From the NCBI RefSeq assembly GCF_964204645.1, contig NC_134026.1, positions 23,966,150 to 24,030,149 on the forward strand: 64,000 nucleotides of DNA, given 5' to 3'. Shown here one piece after another: positions 31,501-64,000 of this stretch. How positions within the stretch are numbered: the stretch's first letter is position 1; the number at the start of each line of letters is the position of its first letter. The stretch is from Tubulanus polymorphus. Taxonomy: Eukaryota; Animalia; Nemertea. The position numbers and the translations under genes were made by a program. Below the pieces are notes generated by a model. It was not told where the DNA came from. It saw nothing but the letters and a program-made list of their open reading frames with translations, and did not search any database.

Positions 31501-34480
31501 TGTTGTAAAGGTACATGAGTTACAGGTTCGGTTAGATGAGTCAAATCAAAATGTAGAATTCCAGACGCAGATTGCAAAGACTCTTAATGACAAAAACTGT
31601 CTTTTAGCCGAAGACAATCAGTCTCTTCAGAAGGATATTGTAGAACTCAAGAAAAGTTGTGATAATCTTGAAGCCTCGTTGCAAGAGGCCAACAAGTCTT
31701 ATCGTGAACGGGAAATTAAACTTTCTGAGTTGAAAGCAAGTCATAGTTCGCTGTCAAAAAGAGTTACTGATTTGGAAAAAAAATCTATTAATGATGAAAT
31801 GTTGATTGACGATCTTCAAGTCGATAAAGATGCGATTCAAATTAAATTGAATGAGATGCTAGAAAAAAATACTAACTTAATGAGTTCTTATGGTGCTAAA
31901 GAAAAGGAATTTCTGCAGCACAGATCAAAAGTGGAAGAGACACAGGCCGAGTACAATGAAATTATTAAGAATTTGAAATCTGAACTTCTTGAGTGGAAAG
32001 AAAAGCATCATAGGAGTGTTAATGAGAATCAGGAAACTACTTGCTCACTAAATACTGATAATCAAAGGCTTCAGTCTGAAAATGTGCTACTTAATAAGAG
32101 TAATAAAGAATTGAATGGTAAAATATCGTTACTGGAAGCAGAATTAGAAGAGATAGAAAACTTTGAAAATGAGACTTCAGTAGATGTAGGGGAACTGAAA
32201 GAACAGTGCGAACAACTCAAGAGTAAATTGGCTGAAATGGAAACAACGGCATCACGACGCAATGCAAAAATTGTCGAGAAGAACCAAACAATTGAAGACC
32301 TCACCATCAAAGCTGAAACGCATCTTTCGTTGTATGAAAATTGTTTGAAAGGTAACTCTTTATATTTCAAAAAAAGTTAACTAAACCTGAATCATTTTGG
32401 ACCACAAAATTTTGTAAGTGCCATGTACAATGTATGTCCATATTAGTCTAGGTTTCTTGAAAATCCACTTAGGATTTGTCTTTCCATTGAAAACCTAGAA
32501 ATAACAGGTCTCAAAGAATGCCTTAAAGAACAAGAGATGGTGGCTGAGCAACAAGATGAAGTAATCAAAACAGGAGATGAAAGAATAAGTCAACTGCAAA
32601 AAGGTTTTTACTATGCATTCAAATGTATTTTTTTGTTAAATGGGAATATGTTTACATTAAGTGTCCAGAATCTCTGTATGTACATTTATATTCAATAGAA
32701 AATCAAGCACTTCAGGCATCAGAGGATTTGAAAATCAAGGAAGTAGAGATAAAGAATTTGACTGAATTGCTTAAGGTAAATTCATCTGTTGTCGAAACTG
32801 AATTATTATACGTACTGTTATATCTCGCTAAAAAAAATTGAAAATGTTCCTACGGATGTCTAGCATGAGTAATTATGGAATTCTTTCCTAGGAAAGGGAA
32901 TATTCGATTTCATCAAAGGACGCGTCCCTAAGAAGCAAAGGATTAGATATGGAGGTAAATGTAACTACATAACGTGGACAGATTGAAAAAGTAGCTTGAA
33001 TATACCAGTAGATATTTTTTTTGTGTGTGTGGATATATTACTCAGTCTTACCGTATATTTTTCAGCAATGGCGTGATAAATGTGATGAATTATCGAAATG
33101 CTTAGCTGACAAGAATCGCGAAATTGATCGTTTGGAATCATTATCAGAGACTCATCTTAATTCAGAGGTAAGCTTACCTACCACATACGGCATCTTTGCG
33201 TGGCCATAATGGCAGATATTATTGATGATCTAGTGATTATTTTTTTAAGCTTGCACTCGAGAGAGAGAAATGGCAGAAGAAAATATCGGCTAAAGACCAG
33301 ATAATTCAAGAATTAAAAGATGTAAATAATAAGCTGCAAGAGAAATTCAAGGCTGATAAATCTGATGATGGAAATATGGTAGGTTGAAAAAATTATGTAT
33401 CATCGTAATAATGAAATCCTTCAAATTGTCCAATACGCATTTAAATGTAAATGTTTGTAATCTTTTGTATTTTAAGAATGAAACAAGTCACTTACTAGGT
33501 GTACCATCAGAAACAAACGTTGTAGACTTATCGACATCAGTGCTTTCAAATATTAGCAATACTAGCCATGTAAGCGCCAACAGTTTTGTTTGTCAAGTTG
33601 ACTTCGATGAACCGGAGTACGATTCGTCGGCGATCAAGAAACGTCCTAACAAGCAGAGTACCGGTAGAAAACAACGATCTAACGAAAAAGTAAGGTGTAA
33701 AAAGATCTCTTCGGTATATTCCTCAATAATAGAATATGTCATGTAGTAATAGAATTCAGTGTTGACCAGAATGAGAAAATTTAATTAATTTCCTATTGGA
33801 TACAGTAACTCAAAGCTATAAATATTAGATTATCCTGTAAACTACACATCCAAACTTCCTTTCGATGAACTTCAGGGGCCCAGCGAATTAGTTCATTATA
33901 CTTTTTGTGTCCAGTACGTAAATATTGGTAGATAACTTTTACTATTGGGGTCAAAATGCCAGGTCTGTATCCAGGGAGTTAATGTTAAGGGAGATTGTTA
34001 TATCAGAATTAGTTGATTGTAACGTTTAATTGTAACTTTGCTTAGGACTTTTGTCTACATGTATCACAATAGTGTATCAATATTTATTTTAGGAAGATCA
34101 CGTGACTTTCTCAGTGCAGAAAAGCAAAACTGATACTGGTAATTACGTAAAATTAAGTTTAAGACACTTCCACTTCATTGATTGTAATGGATGAATAATA
34201 CTGCCAAATCATTTCTTTTTATTTCAGAACCAGCAACAAAGAAAAAGCCAGGAAGAAGGCGACTCTATACGGCAAATCCTCCAATTCTTGATGCTACACC
34301 AGCAAAACAGGTTTGTTTTATGTTTGGGGCCGAAGTGAAAAAAAGTATCATATTGATGTGGACGAATATCTTAAACAACGTGTACTGTTTAAACATCATT
34401 TATAGAAAGCTGCTGCTGATGAGGCACAAGCACGAAGTACTCGAACTCTACGGAGCAGTAAAAAGAAGACATCAACGTAA
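22562..34480 (+). CDS. KIF20B: Kinesin-6 family KIF20A/B homologue, long (KIF20B-like) isoform, ~1938 aa
   Basis: Exons 22562-22795, 22880-23138, 23226-23413, 23695-23821, 24036-24266, 24647-24830, 25160-25306, 25402-25567, 25660-25789, 26090-26220, 26305-26444, 26533-26716, 26827-27027, 27133-27249, 27333-27458, 27927-28098, 30165-32351, 32499-32603, 32699-32775, 32892-32954, 33066-33167, 33250-33378, 33477-33689, 34093-34138, 34228-34310, 34406-34480. Motifs RVYLRIRP, GVTSSGKT, long acidic loop-6 insert, SSRSH, DLAGSER, PFRESKLT; long coiled coil; basic C-terminus RRRLY...RTLRS. Confidence 0.88.
28099..29150 (+). CDS. Alternative terminal coding extension of KIF20 (read-through of the donor at 28099): 350-aa Ser/Pro/Arg-rich tail, short isoform ~1262 aa
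   Basis: The frame of exon 27927-28098 stays open for 1052 nt past AAAG|GTACCG to TGA at 29150 in AT-rich DNA; AATAAA at 29710-29715, before the next acceptor (30164). Confidence 0.7.
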
Positions 34481-35770
34481 TATTCTACAAAGAATTCTAT
34501 AATTCTGTAATTTTGTGTATATACATGTAATTCAAGTCACATAGTACCGGTATATAAAGTAAATTATACATAAACCTATATTTTCTAGTCTTTCCTGCTG
34601 CATGGATGTGGACTTCATTCTATTCACAAAATCTAGTGATTGTTTCTCCCCGTTGGAACGAAGGCATCTTATTTTAGTGCGTGTCTGCCGTCCAATGTCC
34701 GCCGTCCCCTTGAGAACTGAGCCCGATACAGCCTGTATATTTTCCCTTGATTGATATTCATGAGAGCTGGTGCAAGGATTGGAGAAAGTGAAATGTCCAC
34801 GCTAATGTCCTTGGCCGATGACTAATGACAGCTGAGGCCGATGTGAAAAACAGTGACAGTACATTTATTAGGTCAAAGAATGATGATACCTTGTTTCTCA
34901 ATCGGGCGGATCATTTTGTAAACTGCAATAGAATCTGTAATCATTTCATTTCTATAGCTGCCGGGTCTGTTGCGGTTAGTTTGACCATGTTCTAGAAAAA
35001 ATGTACAGGGTAGATAGACAGTCGGCCGGGTCAATTTTTATGCTCGGCAGAAATAAGAAACAATTGGTATCAATCTTTTTAGCCTAAGTCTGTAAATCGC
35101 TAACGCAAATCCATAACCTGAACAGTAAATCAAAGAGTTGGATTTAACTGACGTCTAGAATTTAACCATACACAGATTTGTATATCTTGCACTGAGCATG
35201 GGATGTTTGATTTCAACCTGCAGCTATTCAACTTTTGAAGGTACGTATGATACATGTATGTATAACGATTGAGATTTATTAATCATCATTTAAGTCATTA
35301 ACTCAGTTAAGTATTTATTCACATTATATACAATATGATGTATGTACGTGTCAATAATCACATTATGAGTCTGTAAAAGGACTAGTATTGTGAAACCAGT
35401 AAGTACATGTAGTCCAAACTGGACTTATATAGACGAAGAGCTTATAGCGTTACAGCTTTATACGGTACCTGTGATTAGCAATGGACTTAATTGAAAAAGA
35501 ACAACCATAAGCAGTCCGCGTCAATGTCAATATTTGTCCACGATCTATGAATTTTAGGACATATTATTCCTGAAGGTCTGGTATAACAAGATTCGTCAAT
35601 ACTGATGAAAAAAACATAATATACATAAATACACGCCACTAGACCATGTTCTTCCACAAAAATGCATATAACATACCGTGTTGATGATTATGGATATAAA
35701 ATTAAGAATACACGCGCGTACACATATTACAAAATATGTTATTTTATCGTTGACGAATTTATGTTTGTTA

Positions 35771-36243
35771 GGCCGCGCAATATTGATCGCTGGGTTCTCA
35801 TAATTTTTTTCCGCGCGCGTCACTTGAAATGAATAAAAAGTAAAATAGCGCATCCCGCATCGTTAAAATCATAACAGACTACCAAAAGATATATAAATCC
35901 GCACGACCGCGTTGTGATTCAAAAATCAACTTTTATAGTTTTTAGTTTTTTTCCCGTCAGAAATAAGGTTCAACCCGCAGTATTAAAGGAATTACTACTT
36001 GATTTCTTTGAGATGCAATGTACGATGACTAAAATCTCGCGCCCTCACACAAATTCTTCATAATGCATATGATTTTTCTTATCTGAAAAAAGATTAAAAT
36101 TGCGTCGCCCGCGTCAAAATTTCAAGGTCGGTTTATTACTTTTATTAACGTTTTTTTTAAGAAAGTAGAAATAACCATCGCGCTCCCTTGTCAACTTTTT
36201 CTGAAGACTCTAATGAAAACCCAGTAACCAATTTTGCGCAGCC
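35771..36243. mobile_element. Tourist/Harbinger-like MITE
   Basis: ~31-bp imperfect TIRs GGCCGCGCAATATTGATCGCTGGGTTCTCAT / ATGAAAACCCAGTAACCAATTTTGCGCAGCC with TTA on both flanks. Confidence 0.8.
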
Positions 36244-36316
36244 TTATATGCATGACATCAGGGGTGGATCTAGAAAAATTGGAAGGCTGGGGTCCAGAAG
36301 AGACTAAGGCAAATAA

Positions 36317-36387
36317 GGGGTCATTCATTTATTACGTACGCATTAGTACGTTCAAATCTTATGCGTACGTAATAAATGAATGATCCC
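36317..36387. mobile_element. 71-bp hairpin MITE (Tourist-like)
   Basis: Perfect 23-bp inverted repeat TCATTCATTTATTACGTACGCAT (36321-36343 / 36361-36383) inside GGGG...TCCC ends; TAA on both flanks. Confidence 0.85.
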
Positions 36388-36710
36388 TAACGAGAATAAG
36401 AATACAGCCGAAACGTCGAATAAACTAATGGCTCTAGAAATAATTTTCGGACTTTGTCTTTCATTATCATTGTGGGATTCTCGTTATTTTATCGTCACCA
36501 CAAGGATAAGGCCAGCCTCAATGAGAAGGCAGAGGACTGGATCCCCAAAACCACCCCTAAATCCACTCCCGGATAACCAAAACGCGCGCGACGAGATAGA
36601 GTCATATAAAACCAACCAGCGGTAGAACACTCCAGGTTCGCCTTCCATGTTCGTTAAACACTTTTCATGCCACACATTGTTATCAATTGCAATGAATTAT
36701 CAACATGAGT

Positions 36711-56581
<19,871 letters not shown>

Positions 56582-58216
56582 CGTCGACTTGTGACCAACA
56601 AATCACATCCTTTCATTTTCATAAACATTAAACGAATAGTAATCCTAGATAGATCCTACATGTCGATTGTAATCCGCGCTTTTACATATTCGTATGTGAC
56701 TGTCAGTTGAAAGAGGTGACGCGATTCAACGATTTGCGGTTATTTCGCCCCATTCTCCGCATTGATCATCGGCAAGCGAGGTAAAATCTCATGCTACACG
56801 CAACGTATCTTGTGCACCTGTCACCCACGCTATGATGGTTTCGTGTCCGATACCGAACCCGCATTAGCCAACTCTGTTTTAGATGCGCGGTAATTCGCTT
56901 TGACAGAAAACCTAAGTCGCTTTTAATCCGTATTCATTATCACGGCTTGTAAAACTAGCCATACTCACTAATTTTGCTTTCCCGTTTCCACCCTGAGATC
57001 TCGATGTTGCTTCCCTGGTGCATTAATCACGAAGTGATGCCGGGATGAGAAAGGGATGTGGCGACAGTTACGCAGATAAACTGTGCGAGACCTCGCTGAG
57101 ATTATAGCCACCTGTTGTTTTTCAGTATATTAATTGAGTAAAGCTCGCGGTTTGACCGTCACATTCGCCGATGACGAATTGATTAGAAATTAAAACAAAA
57201 TTGTCATGTGTTGATTATACACTGGCCCGTGTACTTATAATTAGAGCAGTACTACAAGGTTTATCATCACATTGTACTACAAACTGAATTTTTGATTATC
57301 TATATCATTACCATCATCAAATACAAAAATATATAGATTCCCAAAACGTATCTAGGTTGGTATTCACCTCGCGTAGTCGTGGCAAGTAGGAATAATGCAA
57401 ATATATGGCTCGAGAGATAGAGAGCAATTTTTTTCTTCCTTTTACGGGTTTATTTTGTTGATAATTAATGCTCCCGTATACGATTCGAATCAATCTAAAC
57501 AGTTTTGTAATCGTATAACACAAATAGCTTGTCCTGCTGTTGATTATGGCAGTTGTTTAAATATGTAAACACAAAGAGGGTTCTTTGATGAATAAATGCA
57601 TTTCATTATTTGTATGCGTATCATGATTTTCCCAAAAAGCAATCAATTCGTTTCTGGTACTCAATCCAGCGATTTTACAGCATAGGTGGATTGGGTAATG
57701 TCAAGTCTCTCATCGGCATCGGCTGTCCGTTTAACAAAACACGAAAAAAACGTTTTTAGAGCTTTTTCAGCTACTTGACAACCATCATGCTTTTTGAGAT
57801 GATTCTCGATTTTTCCTTTGTTAACATGACAGAACAATTGCTGAAGCTAAGCGGCGAGTTTATGTCCGATCGTAATAATGAATAATTGAATTTCATCGTC
57901 AATTTATCTTGACGTGTAAAAAATCGATCACAATAATCTAGCGAAGTAGTCTGAAATCCCGAAAAGTCAGGCACGGATCCTCCATAAAAACAAAAAGAGA
58001 AAGTGGTTTTGTCGCGTCGTGCAATGAAATAAAATAGAACAATTTATTTTACACATATCTCGAAACATAATATATACGTATATATACAAACTATGGCACG
58101 TTAAAATAAGGAGAGACGATTATGTCATTATTATTATACAGGGTCCGTCGATCAACGATGGACACGAATCAAAACATATATGATGAAAAAGAGATTTTGT
58201 TATCGTTGTTTTCTCT

Positions 58217-61200
58217 TCATCGGTGGTTCTGAGTGTCGTATTCTGGAACTATTTCGCGTAGTGTGACCTCGTACCCGGTTGTCTCATCTTCCCCTCGATG
58301 GATATCAATTTGGAAGATGCTTTCGCTGGGATAGTGGCGTATCACATCGTCGTCAACTTTCACGATTATTCTGCAAACATACAGTGAATGATGATACTTC
58401 AGGCCTGATTGACTCGACTTGACTTACGGCGCAGATTATGTGGGATTATTGTTCAGTGAATTAATTTCCGATTTCTGCACCGAAAATCAACCACAACACC
58501 TTCAGCGTAACCGCAGGATGTGGAACATTCTGGATTAGTCTTTTCAATTCAAATCGGTTCCAAACAAAAAATGGAGATCGGTTGTAAGATTTTAGAAATA
58601 TCTTCGGTTCATACATACCCCTTTTGGGAATATTTGTTAATGCTCCGTATGTCTGATGCCGGTATCTGGAATTTCTCTTCAATCTGTAATAATGATAAGA
58701 ATGTTGCTGTGTATATAGATGGATGAAAATAACAAGCAGGAAGGATTTTAAGCATCTTTTAAGATAGATAGATATATAGTTTATTTCCACAAGAAATTGC
58801 AACAAATTCTATATCTATAAAGAACGCTCATCTAAAGCAAGGTTGCTTGTCGGGTATGAGACATCTACCCTCACACGCACTCAAAACACATATTTACTCA
58901 TCAGGCATGCACACATTCAAATTTACAAGATTACAAAATTACAAATGGCGGGACGACGTCTTTTAACTAGACAACAATGGCAATAACAACCTTATTGAGC
59001 AATTACTCTAAATCTCATCAAATGCTTTATTTGTGATTCACACTGAAATAGTGACCCGTGTCCACAGTGAATGAGAAGCTATGGCTAATGCGCGATGGTC
59101 CACTTAATAACGAATACATCCATCAAACCGAATACTGGTCGTGCTGCTAGCGCATTTATTTGTCCAGCAGTAGTGGAAACGGGAGAAGTATTTTCTAACA
59201 CAGGTCGACATCGATCACAACCCACGACAGTAACTGTTCTCATTAGGAACAAAATCATTTATTTTGCACTTGTCAACGCCTGATGTTGCTCGTTCTGCGG
59301 CGCAATGCAATTTCCCAATCTCAAGTAATACGCGTTTCTATGTATGTATAAGGATTATTGATAGGACTCGGTCTCTAGTGAAGTGTACTATTGAATGAAC
59401 AGGCTAAAAGAACCATCTATACTATTTCCAGGTTAATGGCATTGGAAAATGAATGGTTGATATTATGGACATCAACTTGTTAGACATTATCTAATCGAAA
59501 ACTTCGTCGAATATTGCTATGGCATTTGAAGGGAAAGTTCTCACGCAATCTTTATAATTTTGTTATATTGGCACGATTACATTGCATTGCAGTTGTATTT
59601 GACGTCGCGATAGATTGGAATTTCAATTATAAAGATTCAACGTACCGCATCTTTAAGGCCGTCGGCGGTGGCTTTCTGCAAGACGAGAGCGGTAAAAACG
59701 GTTTCATCCTTTCTGCGCACGTACAACAGCACTGAAATTAGAAAATATGACATATCTGAATAATGCATAGCATGGATATACTTAACTCGCGTCAAATATT
59801 TACGTATGATAACGAACTTGTGAAGACTTGGTTAATCTTATAGTTATATCAACATAAATACCGTTGAAAGATTTTTACATAATGCAAACTGCATTGAATG
59901 TCTTTAATTGCAGGATAAGGGATGCCTTCAGAATCAGGCGTTAGATGGCGAATAGTATATTGTAAATTAAGTTACTAACGTTCCCCGTCTATTTTCTGGC
60001 GTTTAGCAGGTGGTGGAAGTCCATCCGTATTTGGAGGAGCTATCGCCGACGCAACGGGCCTGAAGTACATACAAGAATGTCTTTGAGCAGAAAATAACGA
60101 AATATCATGGTCAAATGTAAGACACATCGTGAAACAGTCCTCTAAGACTGTTATATGAAAATCCTACCTCGGTGCGACTGCAGGTGCAGGTGGACAGAAT
60201 ATTGGTGGAGGGGGCATTTGATGGCCGAAGAATAGGAAAGGTCGGGATTCGACGTCCACCATGGAATACAATTCAGTTTTCTCACATGGTGGGTGGATTT
60301 GAAAGAGTTTTTTCTTCTGGTAACCTGCAAAATAAGACTAAATAATAAAATCAAATCCTACATTCGATCCCCGGATATAAAACTTTGAGGGAAAGTGAAA
60401 TGTTTACAGAATTTACGTACCTGAGCTTTCTAACATTTTAAGCTTGGCTTCACGTCTTCTTTGTTCATCGCGTGTCTTCCTCTCGGCTCCCTAGAATTAA
60501 TGCATGAAGAAAAACGTAAAAACCTGATTACATTATTTTGAATCGAAAATGTCTCCCTAGCCATGTATAATGTACGAGTCATGCGTTGTTATGTTGAGAA
60601 CAATTTTCGAATCGTGACAATGAACTTTTCGAACGTTAAAATGGCCAAAGAATACTCAGTTCTACCTTATCGCAGAACGCCTTGATTTGACAATAAGCTC
60701 GATGCACAGGTAGAATATCTCGTTCATCTTCAAACGTGTCCACTTGTATATGCAACGGCATTCCCTGTATGGATAAAACAAGCGTTTTACATCCTTCGGC
60801 AACGCGACTATTTTATTCACTTCTGAAGATTTTTTTAGTCTTTTTAAGTCGAAAGTATGATTGAGTTCTCTTATGCGAGGTTAGACCAGACGGTTTCATC
60901 CGTGTGAACAAATACACTGCGGAATACTCACCTTAACACCTTTTTGATTGCTAAAATCTGTACTCAGACATTGGACGGCAACACTCAACTGGAAAACATG
61001 CAAGTAATAATGATAAGTTTATTTTCGTATAGAAGATTTGAGGTTTTTACGCTACATATGTAATTACTATGTCCATTTGAGAAAAACGGATGGACAATGA
61101 AAATGATAGACACTAAGAAATATCATTATTCCAGAACTCTGAATAACAGTATTTAGCTGCACTAAGCCCCCATTTTCTAGCCGTTTACTATGCCAGCGCT

Positions 61201-63680
61201 TGGCGGATACCACATTTATCAAAGCTGAACGTAGTCCTGTATATATACATACCTTCACTGGTTCTTTGGTCGGTCTCCAATGAAAAGAAAATGCGTTGCT
61301 AGATATTTCCGTTATGCTTTCTGTGATGATTCCGCTGCTGTTTTTCGTATCTACGGGAAAAAGAATCTGTGGATTAAATAATTCATATCGACCTAACGTT
61401 CAACCCGATCCTCGCGAGGGGAAATGATGCGATTAATTAAAAACATAGCGCGCTGATAGATGATAAAGTGCTGATAAAGATATTTCTACGCAGAAGAAAG
61501 TAATGTAAATAGATATATGAGGAATAGACATATTTTTTCGCAAATATTCAAAGGTCTAATCGCAGTACAAATAATTCAAAATTACGTATTACATTCGATG
61601 AATGAACGATACATACCTAGCTCTAGAACCCGTTGTTTTGCATTATGCTGTCTGCTATACCAAAAGTTCCATGCAGTTGCATTGTCGACATTCATTTTCT
61701 CTCCTCTCAAAACGATTAAGATAACAGTCTAAAATAGAAGAAATGTAATATTTTGTGAACCTAAGTATTCACATGGGGCATCATTAACTCTCAGAGGACA
61801 CCATTCACCTCGTTTTAGCGTAATTGCACTTACCTTTACGGTCTCATTTCTGAAATGCATTGACATTGATCGACGATTTGGATGAAACTCGAGACAAAGA
61901 TTGTAGTACTGCCCTAAAATATATACATCACAACTTGATGGGTGAAAGTTATGTAAACACGGTAACCACTAATGACTAAGAAAACATTTGACAAATAAAG
62001 AAAATACCCTTGTTGATATAGGTAACTCGATCTTCTTCGATTTTTTGGAACACCGATGTCTGTGCTTCAAGTGTATGAACAAAACCCGTTGGGTCTGGAA
62101 TTCTGAAAAATTATTATTCGTTACCGAGATTTTTTCAATGAAAGATATTTCTGAGGGGATAGGGTTCGTCTATCTTCCAGAGTAAAGTCTTATTTACCTT
62201 TTCGCAACCACGTCGTCCTCAACTGCGTATTCTTCGGGCGAACATTCATAACTTGATCGTCGTTTAGCTGCTCCTCGGTTGCTGCTTTTCTGCTCGCTGG
62301 TATAATGTGAGGACTTCATAACGTTTTCCGGCATATCTGCATCCTCATTTGGTCGGTGTTCGTGAACATGGACATGTCCACCGTGTGGATATTGGTGACC
62401 TGGCGTGGTCAGTGTCGTGAGATTGATAGGAGAAACGTGTTGGTCCATTTGAGACATTGTTCTCATTTCGTAGTATTGGCTGGTTACGGGTGTTAATGGC
62501 TGATATTGTGCGTTCTTCTCGGGTATCATTTGCATCGGTGGATAACCCATACTAACAGCAGCTGGATTCGGGTGGTACATCGGAGGAGGTTGTAAATGGT
62601 AACTGTCGCTCCAGGTTGTAGCCATACTTGAATGTAGTGGAGGTAATATAGGACGGGTGTTGAGGGCCTTTCGAAGCGGACTGGTGTCTGAAGCGGTGGG
62701 GCTATCTTGAGACATTGGTGACGGAGATTCATTATGAGACGGGTGGCCACCTTTGGGTGACGCCGATGCCATTTGCACGAACTTGCGCCGCATTATTTTT
62801 TCGGACAACGCTCGACGTATCTGGTCGCCGGCATCTCTCTGTTGCTGCTGGGTTTGTTCCGATGCACTGAGCTGAGCCACCGCCAGGGCTGCTTCATGTT
62901 CTCGATATAGCTATAAATATTTCGGTGAATGCATTGCTTAGATGACTGACACAATATTCAGTTGGAATTAAAAAGAGTACGTAATGAGAGATATCTCATG
63001 AGGACAGATGAGGACCTTATGGTTGAATATAATGTAAACTTTATAATATGGTTACTCACGTGCAATTCTTCTTCTGTCAGTTGATGGTCAGGTATAAACA
63101 ACTTCTCAATACTTGACCCATTCAGTAAGAGAAGCTCGGATTTCTCGCTCCTGGAAGATGGAGGGTAATATACCGATAGACATGTCATTAACAATGTCAG
63201 CGAACGGCACAATGTTAACCCCACAGAGATTAGTTTATCTGACATGATGAATTGACAACAAATGAATAGGTGGCTTTCTGTATCAACCTTTTTCGTGTCT
63301 AGACTGAGGAAAATGTGCCCCGTCTACCAGAAAGAATTGTCCGCGAGCAGTCAATGAATAATTCTAGATACTCTTTTTGTGAAAAAAAAAGAAAACAATC
63401 CAAGATCTTTGTTAGATGAAGATTGTGTAGAATTGTATAGAAAAAGGATAATACTTACTCATCAGACGGTGTCATGTCCCGGCTGGCATTGGCAACCAAC
63501 TTGATTTCATTTTCGCCGATCGGTGGTAGATTTTTATACTCGTGGAGTAAAGCCATAGAAAGAGTCTGTTCCTGTTGTGAAGGATCTCCATTGATAGCAT
63601 TCGTTGCAGCCGTAAGTGGATGGCCGAAGAAAGCATTGATGTCACTGGGTACTTCTCCATCACCTTCACCCCCTTCGATC
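58217..63680 (-). CDS. grh: Grainyhead (GRH/GRHL) transcription factor; 5'-most exon(s) not resolved
   Basis: Exons 63680-63459, 63150-63060, 62910-62198, 62102-62008, 61913-61834, 61728-61617, 61350-61253, 60988-60932, 60764-60666, 60490-60421, 60324-60168, 60059-59980, 59731-59646, 58683-58619, 58370-58217. Motifs [90 protein letters not shown]. Confidence 0.95.
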
Positions 63681-64000
63681 CTGAAAATACATGTAAGATT
63701 TTGAAATTTCGAACCATGGTGCACGCGGTTGCTCTAAGCTGCTAGCTATCGAAGTGAAATTTGATGGATACCAGGAGTTTCCCGAAAAGTTGTCACTGTG
63801 CAATCTCATTTTTGAATAAGACAACTTCAGTTTAATCTGCCCTAGATATCTTACAGGAAGTCTATTTTCAGCCCAAAAAAATTTCTCAGAAAATGGGGTT
63901 CACTTGAAATCAATAGATCTAGACAATGAGTGACCAGCATTTCTCAAATTCGTTTGGGTTCAACGCAGGTCCAACGGGTCAACGCTATCCATCGTAACAA

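Noticed and set aside
30184-32370. Minus-strand Ser/Leu/Phe-rich ORFs
   Set aside because: Antisense shadows of the Glu/Lys-rich KIF20 coiled-coil exon.
34686-34699. 14-nt identity (TGCCGTCCAATGTC) with the grainyhead exon near 60967
   Set aside because: Several 14-mer matches are expected by chance in 64 kb on two strands; the match does not extend convincingly.
34811-34841. SECIS- or C/D-box-like GATGA...CTGA within a short stem
   Set aside because: Only about 10 nt between the boxes, no AAA loop, and no in-frame TGA in a neighbouring gene requiring recoding.

Overview
AT-rich, intron-containing animal genomic DNA, most likely a non-ecdysozoan invertebrate bilaterian (lophotrochozoan-like; this is inference). 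It is compact, with many introns of about 80-100 nt. By manual splicing I reconstruct nine genes: the 3' half of a PKA catalytic subunit (+); a PLK2/3-type polo kinase (+); two tandem paralogous secreted proteins sharing a ~160-aa domain I cannot name, the second extended by F5/8C and three ShKT domains (+); MTFP1 (-); a MIF gene absent from the ORF track (-); a kinesin-6 KIF20 (+); a GluN3-like NMDA receptor subunit with a 13.6-kb first intron (-); and grainyhead (-, 5' end outside the window or unresolved). Several MITEs, a LINE relic and microsatellites lie in non-coding parts. Main leads: (1) KIF20 appears to encode two alternative C-termini, a 350-aa basic S/P-rich tail by read-through of a splice donor or a ~1000-aa KIF20B-like coiled coil by splicing; (2) the GluN3-like subunit has a rebuilt ligand pocket and lacks the near-universal S2 disulfide; (3) the secreted gene pair shows a gene-conversion tract over an uncharacterised domain; (4) an SRE/CRE immediate-early-type promoter lies upstream of the PLK2/3 gene. 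I saw no prokaryotic features, CRISPR arrays, rRNA or tRNA genes. All gene models are by-eye predictions without transcript data.
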